This document shows positions 1 through 14,446 of a DNA stretch of 64,000 bases, piece by piece (position 1 is the stretch's first letter; every line of letters starts with the position of its first letter). Where the stretch lies: NCBI RefSeq assembly GCF_036588685.1, contig NC_086377.1, positions 39,742,001-39,806,000 of the forward strand, read 5' to 3'. Made by a program: the position numbers and the translations under genes. This stretch comes from Mytilus trossulus. Its lineage: Eukaryota. The notes below the pieces were generated by a model. The model ran no database searches and was not told the DNA's origin. It was given only the letters and a program-made list of their open reading frames with translations.

Positions 1-175
1 GAGGAAAATAACAAGCATTTTCGTAAAAAACATGTTGTGTTTTAAACTTGGTCTAAGATCTAGCTATACCTCCCATTTGTATATATACATAAAATAGGGT
101 TTTAAATACCTCATTAGATATTTACAGGATTCCTTAAATTGAATGAGTATGTGATACGTGTATTTCTTTTAACAG

Positions 176-352
176 AGTGTGTTTCAAATGCCATCCTGTT
201 TGACAGGGAAACAACCGCGTGTGTTAAGTTAGTATCAACAAGTGGAATTACATGGAATAACGCAAGAACATATTGCCAAGAACAAGAAGGTGGTGACTTA
301 GTTAGTATAATATCAAAGTCAAAATGGGATTTCATCATAACAAGCTTTAGTA
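176..352 (+). CDS. C-type lectin-like domain protein, penultimate exon (gene starts upstream of window)
   Basis: ttttaacag acceptor and A|gtaagt donor; encodes CVSNAILFDRETTACVKLVSTSGITWNNARTYCQEQEGGDLVSIISKSKWDFI, the CTLD N-half (C..C, W..A..YC, LVSI). Confidence 0.85.
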
Positions 353-1019
353 GTAAGTATAAGGGAGAATATAAGAAAATATTTAAGGAGATTCAAAGCA
401 GTCATGAAAAGATAATTCTATAAGAACAGACATAAGACGTGACACAATGCAAAAAAAACATTACATGAAAAGAAAAGAATGCGGAACAGCCTACTCAGCT
501 ACATAAACATAATCTCAATCACTTTGCAGTTAAAGGTTCATTATCCTTTCTGTTCATTACCGCTGAATGTTTTGTAAATAACATTCATTTTTTGTATTCT
601 AATCAATGTACTTCAAGTCTTACAAAAAGGTTTCAATATCTATTTATCCTTTGTGTGTTTGTTTTGGAAGGTCTGTTGTCTTTTTCCTGCTTTTGAAACA
701 ATGATTAATAAATGTATGACTAAAGAGGTTCACCTGATTATGGAGTTACAATATAAGTTACATGATAAATAGTACACGAAGAGCATAAAATGTTACCACC
801 GAGGGGGGGGGGGAGCAATGACGCTGCTTACTTGAATTGTTAATTGTTAATCTATCAAACTGTGACATATCGAGTAAAGATGCATGTTTTCGACCGATTT
901 TTATCATTTAGACTTATTCAACTTGAAAAAAGATTTCATAGAACCCTCATTCTTTACAACGATGTAGATGTTTTGAAACAAAAACGTTAGATGCAAATGT
1001 AGGTTTATGTATGTATATA

Positions 1020-1630
1020 AAAAAGTAAAAAATATTAAACTCTGAGGAAAATTCAAAACTAGTTCAATTGCAAAATCAAAAGCTTTAACACATCAAACGA
1101 ATGAATAACAACTGTCATATCACTAACTTGAAACAGACATTGTGTATTGTGAAAAATGTGATTAAACCTGATTTATAGCTAGCTAGACCTCTCTCCTATA
1201 TGACAGTTGCATCAAACTCAATTATATTGACAAAATGTGTAAACAAAACAAACAGAAATTATAGGTAAAACTGTCAAAAACTAGGGGTACCGCAGTCTAC
1301 ATTGTGTTATAATTGTAATGTATAAGCAAAAATTAAATACAAAAATACACAAATTTATGATAGTGCAATAATACAATGACGAGATTTATAAGTACAGAAT
1401 CACGTCATATATGGATAAAAAAAATGAAAAAAGACATAAAGACAAAGCACATTAGCAAAACTGAAAGACACGTTAAAGTACTGAGCGACGTCAAATGGAT
1501 ATCAATAAAAACAGACTAAACAGTAAAAGTACTATTCATAAACAGAAATAAAAGAATAGTATAACACTTTGTTAAGATGATAAACAACATCCGTACCGTA
1601 CCCAGAATCTATATTTCAAGAACGTCAGGT
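1020..1630 (+). repeat. Interspersed repeat fragment(s) in lectin intron
   Basis: aactctgaggaaaattcaaa...catcaaacgaatgaataacaactgtcatat recurs in reverse orientation at ~3130-3340 and ~30880-31050. Confidence 0.55.
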
Positions 1631-1639
1631 ATTATTTGT

Positions 1640-1850
1640 TATTGACAAGGTCTTGGTAGCTTCCAATGAACCTTTTTAGAAAAATGACGATACCTTTTTT
1701 GACATACCACTGCATGGTTCATCAACTTTCTGCTCAGACACTGGTGATGTTTTACATAGTATTGGTAGGAGCTGCAAGCTTTTGAATTCCGAATAAATGG
1801 AAAGTGTATATTCCATATGCAATTGTAGTTGGTAATTTGCTAATTAAGGT
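1640..1850 (-). mobile_element. Degenerate Penelope-like retroelement RT C-terminal fragment
   Basis: Minus strand with frameshifts reads AYGIYT..FIRNSKACSSYQYYVKHHQCLSRKLMNH, resembling the AYGVYISQLIRYxRACS motif of PLE-type RTs. Confidence 0.55.
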
Positions 1851-2270
1851 GGCAAGGGTAGAAATGTTAAGCCAAAAAGGAACAATGACATTTTGAGTAA
1901 ATGTCTAAAATTTTGACCCTATTTATCTCCTTAAGTTGCACATGCAGGTATAGCTTAATAAATAATTATTTTAGTGTAAAAAAAGTCTGTATGCAAATTG
2001 TTTTAAAAGTTGCCGTGTGTTCAAAGATGTATCGTATGCCGTGAAACCTAGTTTTAATCGAAACCTATAGTTTCTTGGTAACAGCGAATATCACAGTGTT
2101 CAACTTTCGTTTTGAATTCAACTGGATAAACAAACAAGTCTTTGTTATCGTGGATAAACAACATTGATCGATAAGCTTTTACTTCAAAATACAAATAATG
2201 ATTATGATTTTATTAGAATAGAGCGACAATATTTCAGATTAATTTGTCGTTTTCTGTTTTCTTTATTCAG

Positions 2271-2503
2271 GCGTTAGATCTGTATGGATAGGGCTAAAAG
2301 ATCAAACATGGGTGACCGGCGAAAAATTCAGCAACATTTACGGGGTGACGATACAACTGAATAATTATGATAGTGGTTATCCTTTTCAAAGAAACAAAAA
2401 CTCATGCGGCGTACTAGTGCCATTGTCAACAATTCCACTCCAAGATGAAAACTGTAATATCCGTCTAAGGTCAAATTTCCTTTGTGAAATCGTTATTTCC
2501 TAA
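2271..2503 (+). CDS. C-type lectin-like domain protein, last exon
   Basis: tttattcag acceptor, phase 1 matching the previous exon; SVWIGLKDQTWVTGE...SCGVL...LQDENCNIRLRSNFLCE* (WIGL motif, CTLD C-terminal Cys pattern); AATAAA ~30 nt after the stop. Confidence 0.85.
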
Positions 2504-3883
2504 AATTAGCTGCATTATTTATGATTTTTAAATGAATAAAAATAAACTCATTATCGATATCAGAATGAATATGTTGTACGACAGACTGCAAAAGATTCAA
2601 TAGTGACGCTCAAAATAAAACAAATAGGCAAAAAAAAGTACGAAGTTGATGAAAAGATTCAAAGATTAGGCTTTATACAGCTTAGATAATATAGTCCTTG
2701 GGTAGAATATTTAATGTTTTGCGCACCAACAATACATAAACTCATCTTAGATACTAGGATAGAAATTTAATATGTGCGCGAACAGATCAGTAGCACGTAC
2801 ATCTAATGTGCAGTCATGAACATTGAGCAATTCAGGCTTAGTGAAACTCTAGTTTCAAGTTGGTTAGGATTAACATGTGCAAGATAAAAGACCAGTTATA
2901 AGAATTATTGCCGAAAACATACGTTAAATGATGGCAAAATTTCATTAGGATAAATAGGAGTAAACCTTTCAAAGTCTTATTGTTTTTGGACTTTAAGGTA
3001 ACATTAACCAGTAGGTTCAATAAGGCCATGATATAAACCCTACTTTTAGCTGATATTTGTAAGTAGAATTCGAAGACCAATTTCACAATGAATAAGCGCT
3101 AAAACAATTAGACTTTGTATAGATATGTCTGATGCGACTGTTATACAAAAGAGAGATTTTAATTAGCTTTAAAACCAGGTGTAATCCACAATTTTCTTAA
3201 CAAGAAAATGTCTGTACATGAATATGACAGTGGTTATCCATTCGTTTGATATGTTTCGGTTTTTGATTTCGGATTGGATTAGGTGTTTCCTTTTTGAATT
3301 TTCCTCTGAGTTCAGTTTTCTTTTTCTTTTATTTTTACTTTTTTCTGAAATATTTTATTTAGAATTCAATAGTCTTGCTATGCAATCTATTGTTATACTG
3401 AACACCGATGTCCTTGTATGTTGAAGTGGCAAATTTTCAAAAATGTTTGTCCTGATGTTAACAAAAAAAAATAAAAAAGTACAATTCAAATTATAAAATC
3501 TATCTTATCACCTTAATTTTGCACCCCAATTCTTTCTGAAAATCACTTTAACTTATAATAATGAAGGGCTATTTTAATGTGGTTTTTTTTCTAGCAATTG
3601 GATAGGAGATTTAAATGTGAACAATTATTTTTGGACTCCATAATAATTTTATAACACAATGCATAAACAAATACCAATCATGCAAATGACCCTCTTTGCG
3701 CTTAAACTGTTTTTAAAGAAAATCTATCAAACTTTCATACAGACTAAACATTACGTATTTTTTTAATTTTCTGCTAATCTTTCAACAGGGATAAACATAT
3801 TTCAATTATACACAAACGGTCACAGTAGGTATCAATAGATGAAGAATTCTTTGAAAAAGTAAAATCCACGTAAACGTTGCTAT

Positions 3884-5855
3884 TTGATTTTAAACATATT
3901 TTATTCATTTAGATATGAAAAGAATTGAGCAACAGGCACAACCTATAAAAGCTCTCTCCATAATACATGTACAAGGTATGATTTAATTACCACAACTGTA
4001 TTTAAAATAATGCAATTTAGTGGAACATGCATGCTACTTGTGAGCACACACAAGCAAAATATGTTAACAGTGTTACTTAATAAATGCAAAGTATAAATAA
4101 ATAAATAGGCAATTAATCATCAGTTTAATTTAATTTAATTTAATTTAAATTACCTTGAAACATGCAAATATCCTTTATAAGTCATTAGAAATATATATAT
4201 ATGGCTTGAAGGAGACACTAAGCTTGCTTAGTGGAATAAATGAATGAACGTTGGAGTGTGGAAAAAAAATCAAAAAATAAAACTAGATGAAACAAAAATT
4301 AAGTAAGTTTCAAACAAAACGTTGAGTGTCACTGATATATTTCTGAACAGATTTAAAAATAGCAATATTCATATCATATGAAAATAATCTGTTTCCAAAA
4401 AGTAGTAATTCAATATTTATGTCAACATTATCAACAATGGAGTAAATGGAATCAAGAAGGATCTGTCTTACATCATTATACTTAGGGCAAATAAAAAAGA
4501 AATGTTTGTTATCCTCAACAGGATGGTTACAGTTTGTGCAAAAAGTGTTCGCAGATAAGAACTGATTAAATAAATGAGATTTAAGGTTGCTAGCATTATT
4601 TCTGAGTTGACAATGACTTATATTAAGTTTCCTTATCCCATAGTTGAAAGGTTTAAATATATCATCAGTCCTATAAAACTTATCCAGTCCACTTCTAAAT
4701 ATACCAAAACTTGGTGACTTTTGTAACTCAAAGGAAGACTATTCCAAAGTCTTATAGTGGAAGGAATGAAACTATTAAAATAAGAGCTAGTTCTAGCAAG
4801 AGGCGGGTGAAAAGTGTTATTTTCATTCCTCAAAGTATAAGGGGTTTGTCTGGGAAGATATGGCTGGATTAACTCATATAAGTATGCAGGTGTCATCCCA
4901 TTTAATATTTTATAGAATAGTATAAGCTTATGTTTATTAAGTTTCTTAACCTAATTCAATATAAAGTTTTTGTCTGGAGGAATTACGTCGTAATCCTGTA
5001 ATAATTCTAGCAGCTTCTATCTGAATATTTTCAAGGAGCTCAGTCTCATGCTGGGAACAATTGCCCCAAATAACATCACCATATTCTATTATAGGTCTAA
5101 TAAAAGCATAATAAATACGGATAAGTGAACTCCTATCTAATAGGTGCTTAACTTGGCAAAGCACAGAAAGACGAGAGCATGCTTTTTTTATAAATAATAT
5201 CAATATGTGTATGCCATGAAGCTGATGACTGAAATGTTATCCCAAGATGACAGTGAATTTTTATTTTCTCAACCTCTTCACCATTTATCCCAAAAAATAC
5301 AGGTGGATGCTCCCTTTCCCTTCTAGTAAATACAATATTTTTAGTTTTCTTAGAGTTAAATTGAACAGCCCATGATTTTGCCCAATTTGAGATAACATCT
5401 AAATCATTAGTTAAAGAAGCGGCTGCTACATCATGATCATCATCTACTATGACAAATAAAGAGGTGTCATCTGCAAAAAGTCTAATATCATTAGCAATGT
5501 CATTTACTATATTATTTATATAAATAAGAAACAAAAAGGGTCCCAAAACTGATCCCTGGGGGACACCTGCATGTACACTTCTTAGAGTTGACGAAAAGCC
5601 TTCTGAAACTACCTTTTGTTGACGATCCGAAAGATAACTTTCTATCCAAGATAAGAGCTGGTCATTTAAGCCAGATTGTTTCAGTTTATATAAAAGTCCT
5701 TTATGCCAAACTTTTTCCAAGTTTAACCGGTTAAGTAACTTTTTAAAAGAGTTACTTGAGTTTGACATCATAACACAATTGAAATCACCACAAATGAAAA
5801 TTGGCAAATTACAATCAAGTGCTTTATCAACTGAGTCACTAAATAAGTCCCATAT
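3884..5855 (-). mobile_element. Degenerate, 5'-truncated and internally deleted LINE (CR1/L2-like) with RT remnant and 3' tail
   Basis: ORF pieces: IFICGDFNC (endonuclease end), KVWHKGLLYKL, GVPQGSVLGPFLFLIYIN, LFADD, HLGITF, IYYAFIRPIIEYG, SFIPSTIRLWNSLP; frameshifts between pieces; 3' end aataaaatatgtttaaaatca near 3884-3905. Confidence 0.9.
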
Positions 5856-8800
5856 ATTAGAATTTGAGTTATGCTATGCGACGTCTACAAAACCTAAACT
5901 ATTCAGAATGAGTAATTAAGATGCGTCACAGGTATCAATTTCTTGAACAAATGAAAGAAGGCATGGAATGTTGTCAAAATGTTCAATTTTTTGGAGGAAT
6001 TAATTGAAACAAACAATTAATCTGTTTATGTTTACGGATGTGAATTTAAGAACGAATGCAGTTTGGGAGGCCCCTCATGGGATTGTCCAGTAATCAAATA
6101 TTAATCACAAATGTTTCGTCAATATCATCACATAATCATTAACTATTTTTAAAAACAATATTACCAAATAATAAAAAAAACAGTCATTGACTATCAAATA
6201 TCAAATTGTCAAATTATCAAGACATATTTGGATGGTTTTCAAATAATCACTACAAAAACAGTCCAAAAATCATATGAGGAAGCTCATTTGGATACTCTTC
6301 ATAACATAATCATAGGTCATCTGAAGGTCAGTTCAAATTCATTTTCTATGATTCAATATGAATTAAAAAATAAAAGTTGATGGAACTATATGATTAGTGA
6401 TAAAAATCTACAAAATAAATACAAAATGACAACTTTTGGTTGAGCATTAGTTAAAATTTCCTTTACACATGTTACACTAGATGTTGTTTTTTAAAAATAT
6501 CTGCTGACGGTAAATGACGTACCATTTGAAAGATCGCTCTACACTCCGTTCTTATAGTGTTGTTTAAAAGTTTCAGTCAACAGCGATGTTATTGTAAAGG
6601 AACGTGAATAATACACTATAAAATTAAATAGACACATACCACTTACAGTATCAACATATGGAAAGTATAGATCGAGGCATACATTTGAGATATGACGCTA
6701 TATTCATATCTAAAGGTTATTTTCAACCACATAAAACCTTTCTGCATCAAAGACAAAATCGTCAATATAACAGTATTAACGTATTTATGTATCAATATCA
6801 TTCAGAAGAATGTATAGTTTTTCTTTTTGAAGAATGATTTTACAATGTTATACAAAACAAATTGTTTTAACATGGTTGTATTTCAAACGGCTGTACAGTT
6901 TATCTGTTTTAATGGTGAAAATTAAATTGAGGAAATGCGTTTTAACGAATAAACAAAGAGAAGCATGTTGCTTTAAATTTAACATTAATAATTTTTCAAA
7001 CAAAAAATGTTGATAACAGAATTTTTTTTAGAAGAATAAGTAATTAAACAATAGGAAGCATTCTACATTAGATGCCACCACACTCAACGATGTCAATATA
7101 AACTCGTCTATGGTAGTGCCGTAAAGTGTTTGTCGATCTTCAACATAAATCTTGATCCACAAAAAAGATAGTAGGAACATGCTAATTAACCTTTATTATA
7201 TCTAACGTTCATGTCATATCATTAAATCTTTATGTTAAGTGTTGTATACTTTCTCAGTCATTCCAAGTATTCTCAGTCTTTCTTACCTATTTCAGTCTTT
7301 CCCGGTCGTTACATTTGTACTGTTAAGTAGTATTTGAATATTCGTCATTTTTGATTTTTGGAATAATTTTGACGATTTCTCTTTAACCTTTATGTAGTTT
7401 AATGAATATCGACTCTAAATAAAACTTTGAATCTTGAATACAAAAAAAACTATGAGTTTTGATTCTCTTTTATTTTTCGCTTTTCATATATGAACATATG
7501 TGTATATGGTTGTGTGGAATGTATGAATAAGCAGCCACGCTAGGTCAGAAAGGGAAAGGTTGATCAGATAGGCGCCATGCTATCCTTGCGTTACGAATTA
7601 TTTTGACAACTCATTGAGGGCACCGTTGCTGGTCTTTATTTATAATTTGTTTTATTAAAATACCTCATCAATTAATTGTCACTGGACGTATTCCAAATAG
7701 AAATCAATCCATCAACTAATCATTTATTGTACAGGTAAAACAAAATACAAGTAGAAATATCAATACAAGTATGCATTATTGGTTAGAAGAAACCTGAAGC
7801 CCGCATCTGGTAGCAATATTTTCTCACTGCGTTTAAGATCCATTTGTGGACTTGGTCTGTTTTCACTCCTTTGTTCCAGTTGTCGTCATTTTGGCACATT
7901 ACCCAATCCCATTCTGAATTAAAGTACAATCCTTCATGTTTACTTCTTTTAAGGGATTCGAACGAGTATAAAAATGAAAATCAGACAATAATGTATAAAA
8001 GGTAACTGATTCCGATTAATCAACTAATATCAAAAGTATATTATATTATCGTTTCTAATCACATATGAACCTTATGAAATCGTTTGAGAGTTAAAACACC
8101 TTTATTGTACAATCCATACAAACCAAACTACACATCATCTATTACACAAATTTTGACAGCTTACCCCTAATTTTCACAGTCAAACAGATGGCACTGCAAA
8201 TGAACGCAAGACTACGAATCATTCACTGACAAAGACGAACTTCACAAAAGAATCCTCGGAGAGTTCATAACTATAATAAATAATTCATCTAAATTAACCA
8301 GCTAAAATAGTAATGATAGACAGCAACATATGGATTTACAGTTTACAATACGACTTTTATGAGTCAGTCCACCAATTACTCCCTCAAATTTAGAACGTAT
8401 GTAAAGTAGCCTTGCTTTGACACATAATGTCCTTGTTTACTTAAACTAGCTTACAAATTTGCAGAAATGAAACTTTTGGCAAAAAGAAAAACATATTAAG
8501 ACCATTTTGAGTCACACTTTACTTGTCTTTGAGTTTGCATTTAAATTTTAAGATTAATGCGCTCAACAGTATACCAAATTTTAGATTTCCAGAAAACCGG
8601 GGGTTATTTTTTGAGTACCTTTTTTTAAAGTCAGTTAAAAAAAAAAGAATTTAAAAGTATGTTGAAAATTAGCATGCAAAATTCTTAAACATGTACAATT
8701 CAGAATATACCTGGTCTCTATGCAGTTAATCTCAAGGTAAAATATTTAGAAAGCTGTGACAATTGAAAAAATTGGTTAAAAAGATATTGATATCTAATTG

Positions 8801-10521
8801 GTGGTATGACACCTTTAGTAATAGGCACCTGACTAACAGTTCACAAGTTAAAGTTAACTTGATTCCAAAGATATCATAACTCACTTTTAATTTTGAAAAA
8901 TGCAATGATATCGTCTTCTTTTTTGTTCTTTTCAGGATGACACAATATTTAATGAAAAGAAAAGTAAGAACGTTGTATGTCGTTATTGGCAGTCCAACAA
9001 AAAATTGAATACAACAATTAAAAAGCTGATTTTAAATTTGACTGTTTGTTTGATGTGTTAAGCGGTTCATTATTATACGTGAATAAGCATTTAATTTTTG
9101 AAAACAGCATTATCGCAGTTGCAATTAATTAATATCATTTACATGTAAAAATGTATTTTAAATGAGAGTCAACGCAGAGTTAAGTACTCAATGTACATGC
9201 TAGTGCATGATGAATACATGGTTGTGCTGAATGGGGGGAGGTGCGACGTCAGTTAAATTGTATATTTAGATACTTATTGATTATCGTTGATCCTCTCAAC
9301 GAGATTGATTTTCTCGCTTGAGTGGAAACGACGAAAGCGAGAAAGCATTAGAGGTGAGATGACCAATGATAATCTGTTTTTACCTATGACGACGTGGTCA
9401 ATTTTATTAGCAATGCCACGTGCCTCCTTAGTTCCTAGCGATAATTTCCCATCTCAAGCGAATATCGTGATAAAAAAGATCAAATGAAAAATGCACAAAA
9501 TAACGAAAAATAGTAATATTTAGCATTTACTCAAGTGGTAGCACTTATGTAATTTAACATATCTCTGTAAAGTTGATAAGTTGATTTGAAATACAAAGCA
9601 ACATACTATAAAATTGATGCGCTCTTGTAGTAAACCAGAGCATATGAAACATTTATACATAATCGTTATAATTAAAAAAAAATAAACGCTGTTAAACAGA
9701 TTATTAAATTAGCGGGATTAAGTTTTTTTGGCCGGATTTAGTTCGAGGTTTTATAAAGCTAGAAGTAAATTTGGGCTTGTGTTTTGATTAAACTACCATA
9801 TGGAAATATCTGGAATTATATATTCACTGACCACTCTCTAGCTTACATTTTGCAATACAAAACATATTTATAAAGGAAGTCGGTTTACACTAGAAAAATA
9901 TGTATCCAATAATTTAAAATTCTTCCTTTTTGATGCTCATCTATGACATTAACAAATCACGTTACAAATCTTATCTTTGTTATTTCCTGTTTTCTCATTA
10001 TTTGACTAGGAAGTTTTCTTTAAGTTTAAAGCTTATATAACATTTAAGATCGATGGCGCTATTGAAACGTAAGTACATTTTATATATAATAGTGTTGTAT
10101 AAAAATTAAGAACGATACAATCATCTCTTTTACCATTTTCAATAATCTTATCATTTAGGTCATTATGATTTTCTGTATAGCATTTCATTTTTTATTCATT
10201 CGAGTGATATACACTTGTTTACAATTTATAAGTGCAACATTACCAAAAGAACTGTTAACATTATTTGTTTGTTTTTGTCATTGTATATTGTGCATTACCT
10301 TCGTAAAACAATACAGGCTACGCACCAAAAAAGTCAACTTAAAAGAAACACTTTTGTAAGTTCATACTTACGTAGTTATATCAGCATTTTACAATAAAAT
10401 TAAATAATACTAATATGTTTTTTGGGGCGCTGGACATAAACGATTAACATTTTATTTTTTTAAGGTTGGAGAAATTGCTTTGATTGAGACTAATTGCTGA
10501 TACTGGAATATTGAAACTGAT

Positions 10522-10591
10522 ATGTGGGTGTTTTCCCTTATATCCACAACGTTTTTTATATGTTTCCCCGTCGTTGAAGGACAAGATGAAG
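10522..10591 (+). CDS. SRCR-TSP1 membrane protein, signal-peptide exon (exon starts 10465)
   Basis: MWVFSLISTTFFICFPVVEG-QDEG then G|gtaagt donor, phase 1; acceptor tttttaag at 10464; possible non-coding upstream exon ending 10068 (C|gtaagt). Confidence 0.75.
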
Positions 10592-12006
10592 GTAAGTCAA
10601 TATGTTTGAAAGTGCATTAGATGTCTATTTTTCTTTTAGAATTATTCATATACGAATAGTGTTTTATTTATAATGTAGGTTCGAATAAAGAAGTAATACT
10701 TTCATATCAAAAAGAAGATGTGGTATGATTGCCAATGAGACTACTCTCAACAAGACACCATCATTACACAGAAATTAACAAATATAGGTCACCGTACGTG
10801 GCAGTTTTATATTCTCTAAAGTTGCTTAATTTGAACGCCATTATATCATTACTTGATACTGATGAAAAATATTGTCCACTAAAAGATCACTAAACAGGAG
10901 ACTGATCAAAGTAACGTTAATAGTTAATAAAGGTATCAGTAGCCCTTTTCACAAAAAATATTAAGTGTAAAATTTATCGTTAGTCTAATATATTCCTTAA
11001 CAATTCAACTAAATATGTTTGTCGTAAGATTAATTTTACACTTAAGATTGTTTGTTAAAAAAGCTACTGCCTTATAATTCGATACGGCAGACGCGTGTTT
11101 CGTCCACATAAGACTCATCTAGGACGCTAAGATTGAAAAAGTCAGAATAAAAAACAAAGTTGTAGAGCAATGGGTCCCAACCCTTCAAAAAGTTTTGCCA
11201 AATATGAAAATAAGAAAACCTTTTAGTATTTCGAATGATTCAGTCGATTACAGACAGTAAATTTGTCAATCTTATTTAATTATTCTAATATTGATAAATG
11301 GCTTAATAACGTGTAGTTGTATATTGTTCTGCATATTTACAACAGCAGAGTCTATCATATTAATTTATTTCACGTCTAGACGAATAACTGATAAGATGTA
11401 TCAAAAACTGCATAACTTGTTTTATTTTATCACATGATAATTCGGTGATCTTTCTAACTAATGCAAAATAGATATACCACTCTCATACAGAATCATTTAT
11501 GTATTTGACTTCACAGTCTTGCATTGTGTCCAAAAGTCATCAATAACTGCTGATGACTTATAAATTGGCATACGGTTTATGCAATTATCTGGTTATTAGT
11601 TATCTACTAAGAATACTTTATTCTTATGATGCCAAAAATAACATCAAACACAGACTTGTTACGCGTTACATAGGACTTTGACAACAAACCTATTTTGGAG
11701 TCATTTACTTGTAATGAATTCATTTACTATGATCATCGCCTGATGTGCAGTTAAATAACTGAGATGTAACTATACATAATAACAATTGTTAATCGAACAT
11801 TTGGGGCAATTTTAGCACTGAACATATAAATATAGACGTGATATCGTACTTACAGTATTTAGAATCTTTAGTATAAATGTTATGCAAAATTGTTTATTCT
11901 AAGTATATAGTGTATTTCATCATCAAAGATACTAAAAAATACTATATATACTATAAATATATCAGACTTTAATACATACTGTATAATTCTTCCGGTTATT
12001 TTACAG

Positions 12007-12145
12007 GAGATCTACGATTAGTTGGAGGAAATAATCATAAAGAAGGACGCCTCGAGATTTATCATAGATCTACCTGGGGAACAATATGTGATGATGATTT
12101 CGAGACTCAAGATGCAAATGTCGCTTGTCGACAACTTGGATACAG
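12007..12145 (+). CDS. SRCR domain exon a
   Basis: GDLRLVGGNNHKEGRLEIYHRSTWGTICDDDFETQDANVACRQLGY, the canonical SRCR N-half; ttacag/gtacat boundaries. Confidence 0.93.
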
Positions 12146-12839
12146 GTACATGCACTATTTACTCCGAACTGATGGAATGATCTGTACCGATTATCAGGTT
12201 GTCTGCGCTCCGATGGAACCGAAAGCACCAATTATCAGGTTGTTTAGATATTGATATTGTATTATCAGCTGCTAGTCAAACTATGAAGCTTTTTGTCGAT
12301 TGAGCGCAGTGCAATAGTTTATAAAAGGCTTCGTATAGTGTCGAGGATCTGATGCTTACCAATATGAAGATGCAGACAACCAGATAATCGATTTATATGT
12401 CTATATTTGTGTTTTTTCCATGAAAGAAAGAAGCTTTCCTGATGTGAGTGCAATAGTAACATCGCTTTATAAACTTATATGACACCATAAGAATGCAATG
12501 TATCTAATAATATAAATATATCACTACCTATTATAACTACTATATGCACATGAAAAAAGCATTATCATTAGTTATTAAATTTTCAACTTGTCAAAAATAA
12601 GTTTTGTTGTGAAGAATTCAACATTTTGATACATAACTTTATATTTCTAAGTTATCTAATGTACCCTCTGCACATTATATTTGCGTTAACATATCTCAGG
12701 TAAACGTTATTCTAGTTCGTGATTATTTTACATGGCTCACTAAAATATATGTGCCCCAGTCACTCAAACACAGCTTATTCATTTGGCTTGTACTCAATTT
12801 GATTTTTTACTAATATATTAATTATATATTTCCAAATAG

Positions 12840-13012
12840 GAAATCCACCTACACATTTTACACAGCAGGTGGTGGAACAGACCCAATATGGTTAGACAAT
12901 ATGAGTTGCTATGGTACAGAATGGAGAATTGATAAGTGTAATCGTTCAGGATGGAAAACGCATAACTGTGGCCATGGTGAAGATGTTGGCGTAAGATGTA
13001 CAGGAGTTAATA
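12840..13012 (+). CDS. SRCR domain exon b
   Basis: GGGTDPIWLDNMSCYGTEWRIDKCNRSGWKTHNCGHGEDVGVRC, the canonical SRCR C-half (6 Cys in total, group A); phase 2 in, phase 1 out. Confidence 0.93.
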
Positions 13013-14275
13013 GTAAGGAATGTCACCTTACATTGTTCAATTTAATGTCTCTCTCTTCGACATCTTTTTCGTTGTTATCAGATCGACGTCTAATTTCTGG
13101 CTTCTCTAATCGACGTCCGTTGTATGGACTTGTCGAAGTGCAATCACATCTTTGTCAAAGAGTGGAATGTACTTAAAACTCAAATAGTTGTCAAAAAATA
13201 TAAGATCAAATCATCATTTTTCTTAACACTTGGCGGAACGTTTTCATTCAATTTATTGTTTGAGTCTGCTAAGCCCTCAAGATGCCTTTCTATTATCTAT
13301 GCCTTTGGTTTGTTGTAAAATTGTCGTATAGTGTATACTGTCATTCATTTGTTTATACGACCAAGAATAAGAAAAACGACAAGGTCTATATTATGAATGT
13401 TTGTCAGCAAAAATTAATATGCATGTACTTTTTATAGTAGTATGATGATGTCGATTGTCCTATTTTTTTTGTGCTTTTCCTGCAATTTTGATCCCAATTC
13501 TAGATTTAGAAAATACAAACCGATACAGATGATAGAAACAAATATCAATTGAAAGATTATCGATTCAAAGAAATCGCGTTTATAATTATTAGTCATAATG
13601 TAACATGTGTAATGCGCGTAATGTAATTATAAGTCCTTTGCAGTACTAAAAGGTGTTTATGTAATTGTGTTTCTTATGTGTATAACATTATTTTATTATC
13701 ATTGATTTATTCATTAAGTTGGTGGTACAATCTCAATATATTCATAAGAATGTAAAAAAAAGTGCTTGATGCTTTTTTTTTTTTTTTTTTTTTTTACCTT
13801 TAATTAACTTATCATTGACACAAAAATTAATCTTTGATAATTATAAGTAGTAAACCTTTGAAACAACTTGTAAATCACAATTTATTATAAGCGGTTATGT
13901 AAGTATAATATTCTACATATATGTTTACCTTGGTATAATGTTTTTTCACCGAGAATTTTTGAAATCGTGGTAATACATCTTGTGTAACTAGAAAATAGTT
14001 CATAACAACTCCAAGTGTAGACCTCAACACCCTATCAGATCAAAGGGACAGCAAATAACTTAAATTTAATGTATTTCGTTGCTATGACAAACATATTCCA
14101 CATAAGGGTTAGCACACGTTTATATTAGAATAATACAACGATATTACATCAGTCAAGATCAAGGTAATTTTGTTATGATTCAATTAGTGCCAGCTTTTTT
14201 CATAATTTTTCTTGTCATATTCTCAAAATGATGTTTAATTACTCTTTATATGATTTCAAATATTTTGGCTGACAG

Positions 14276-14446
14276 TTAACGGTAACTGGGGATTATGGTC
14301 AAGCTGGACAACATGTAGTTCTAGTTGTAACTCTGGTTTTAAAACGAGACACCGCCTCTGTAATTATCCAGTACCATCGTTTAATGGTTCATACTGTCAC
14401 GGGACGTCCTTTGAAGTACTTAACTGTAGTATTGCAAGGTGTAGAG
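14276..14446 (+). CDS. TSP1 repeat exon 1 (type A)
   Basis: 171 nt, phase 1-1; NGNWGLWSSWTTCSSSCNSGFKTRHRLCNYPVP...C...C..RC. Confidence 0.9.

Noticed and set aside
13990-14163. Possible linker exon between SRCR and TSP1 (donor caag|gtaatt at 14163)
   Set aside because: No acceptor found that gives an open phase-compatible frame; SRCR-b splices in frame to TSP1-1 without it
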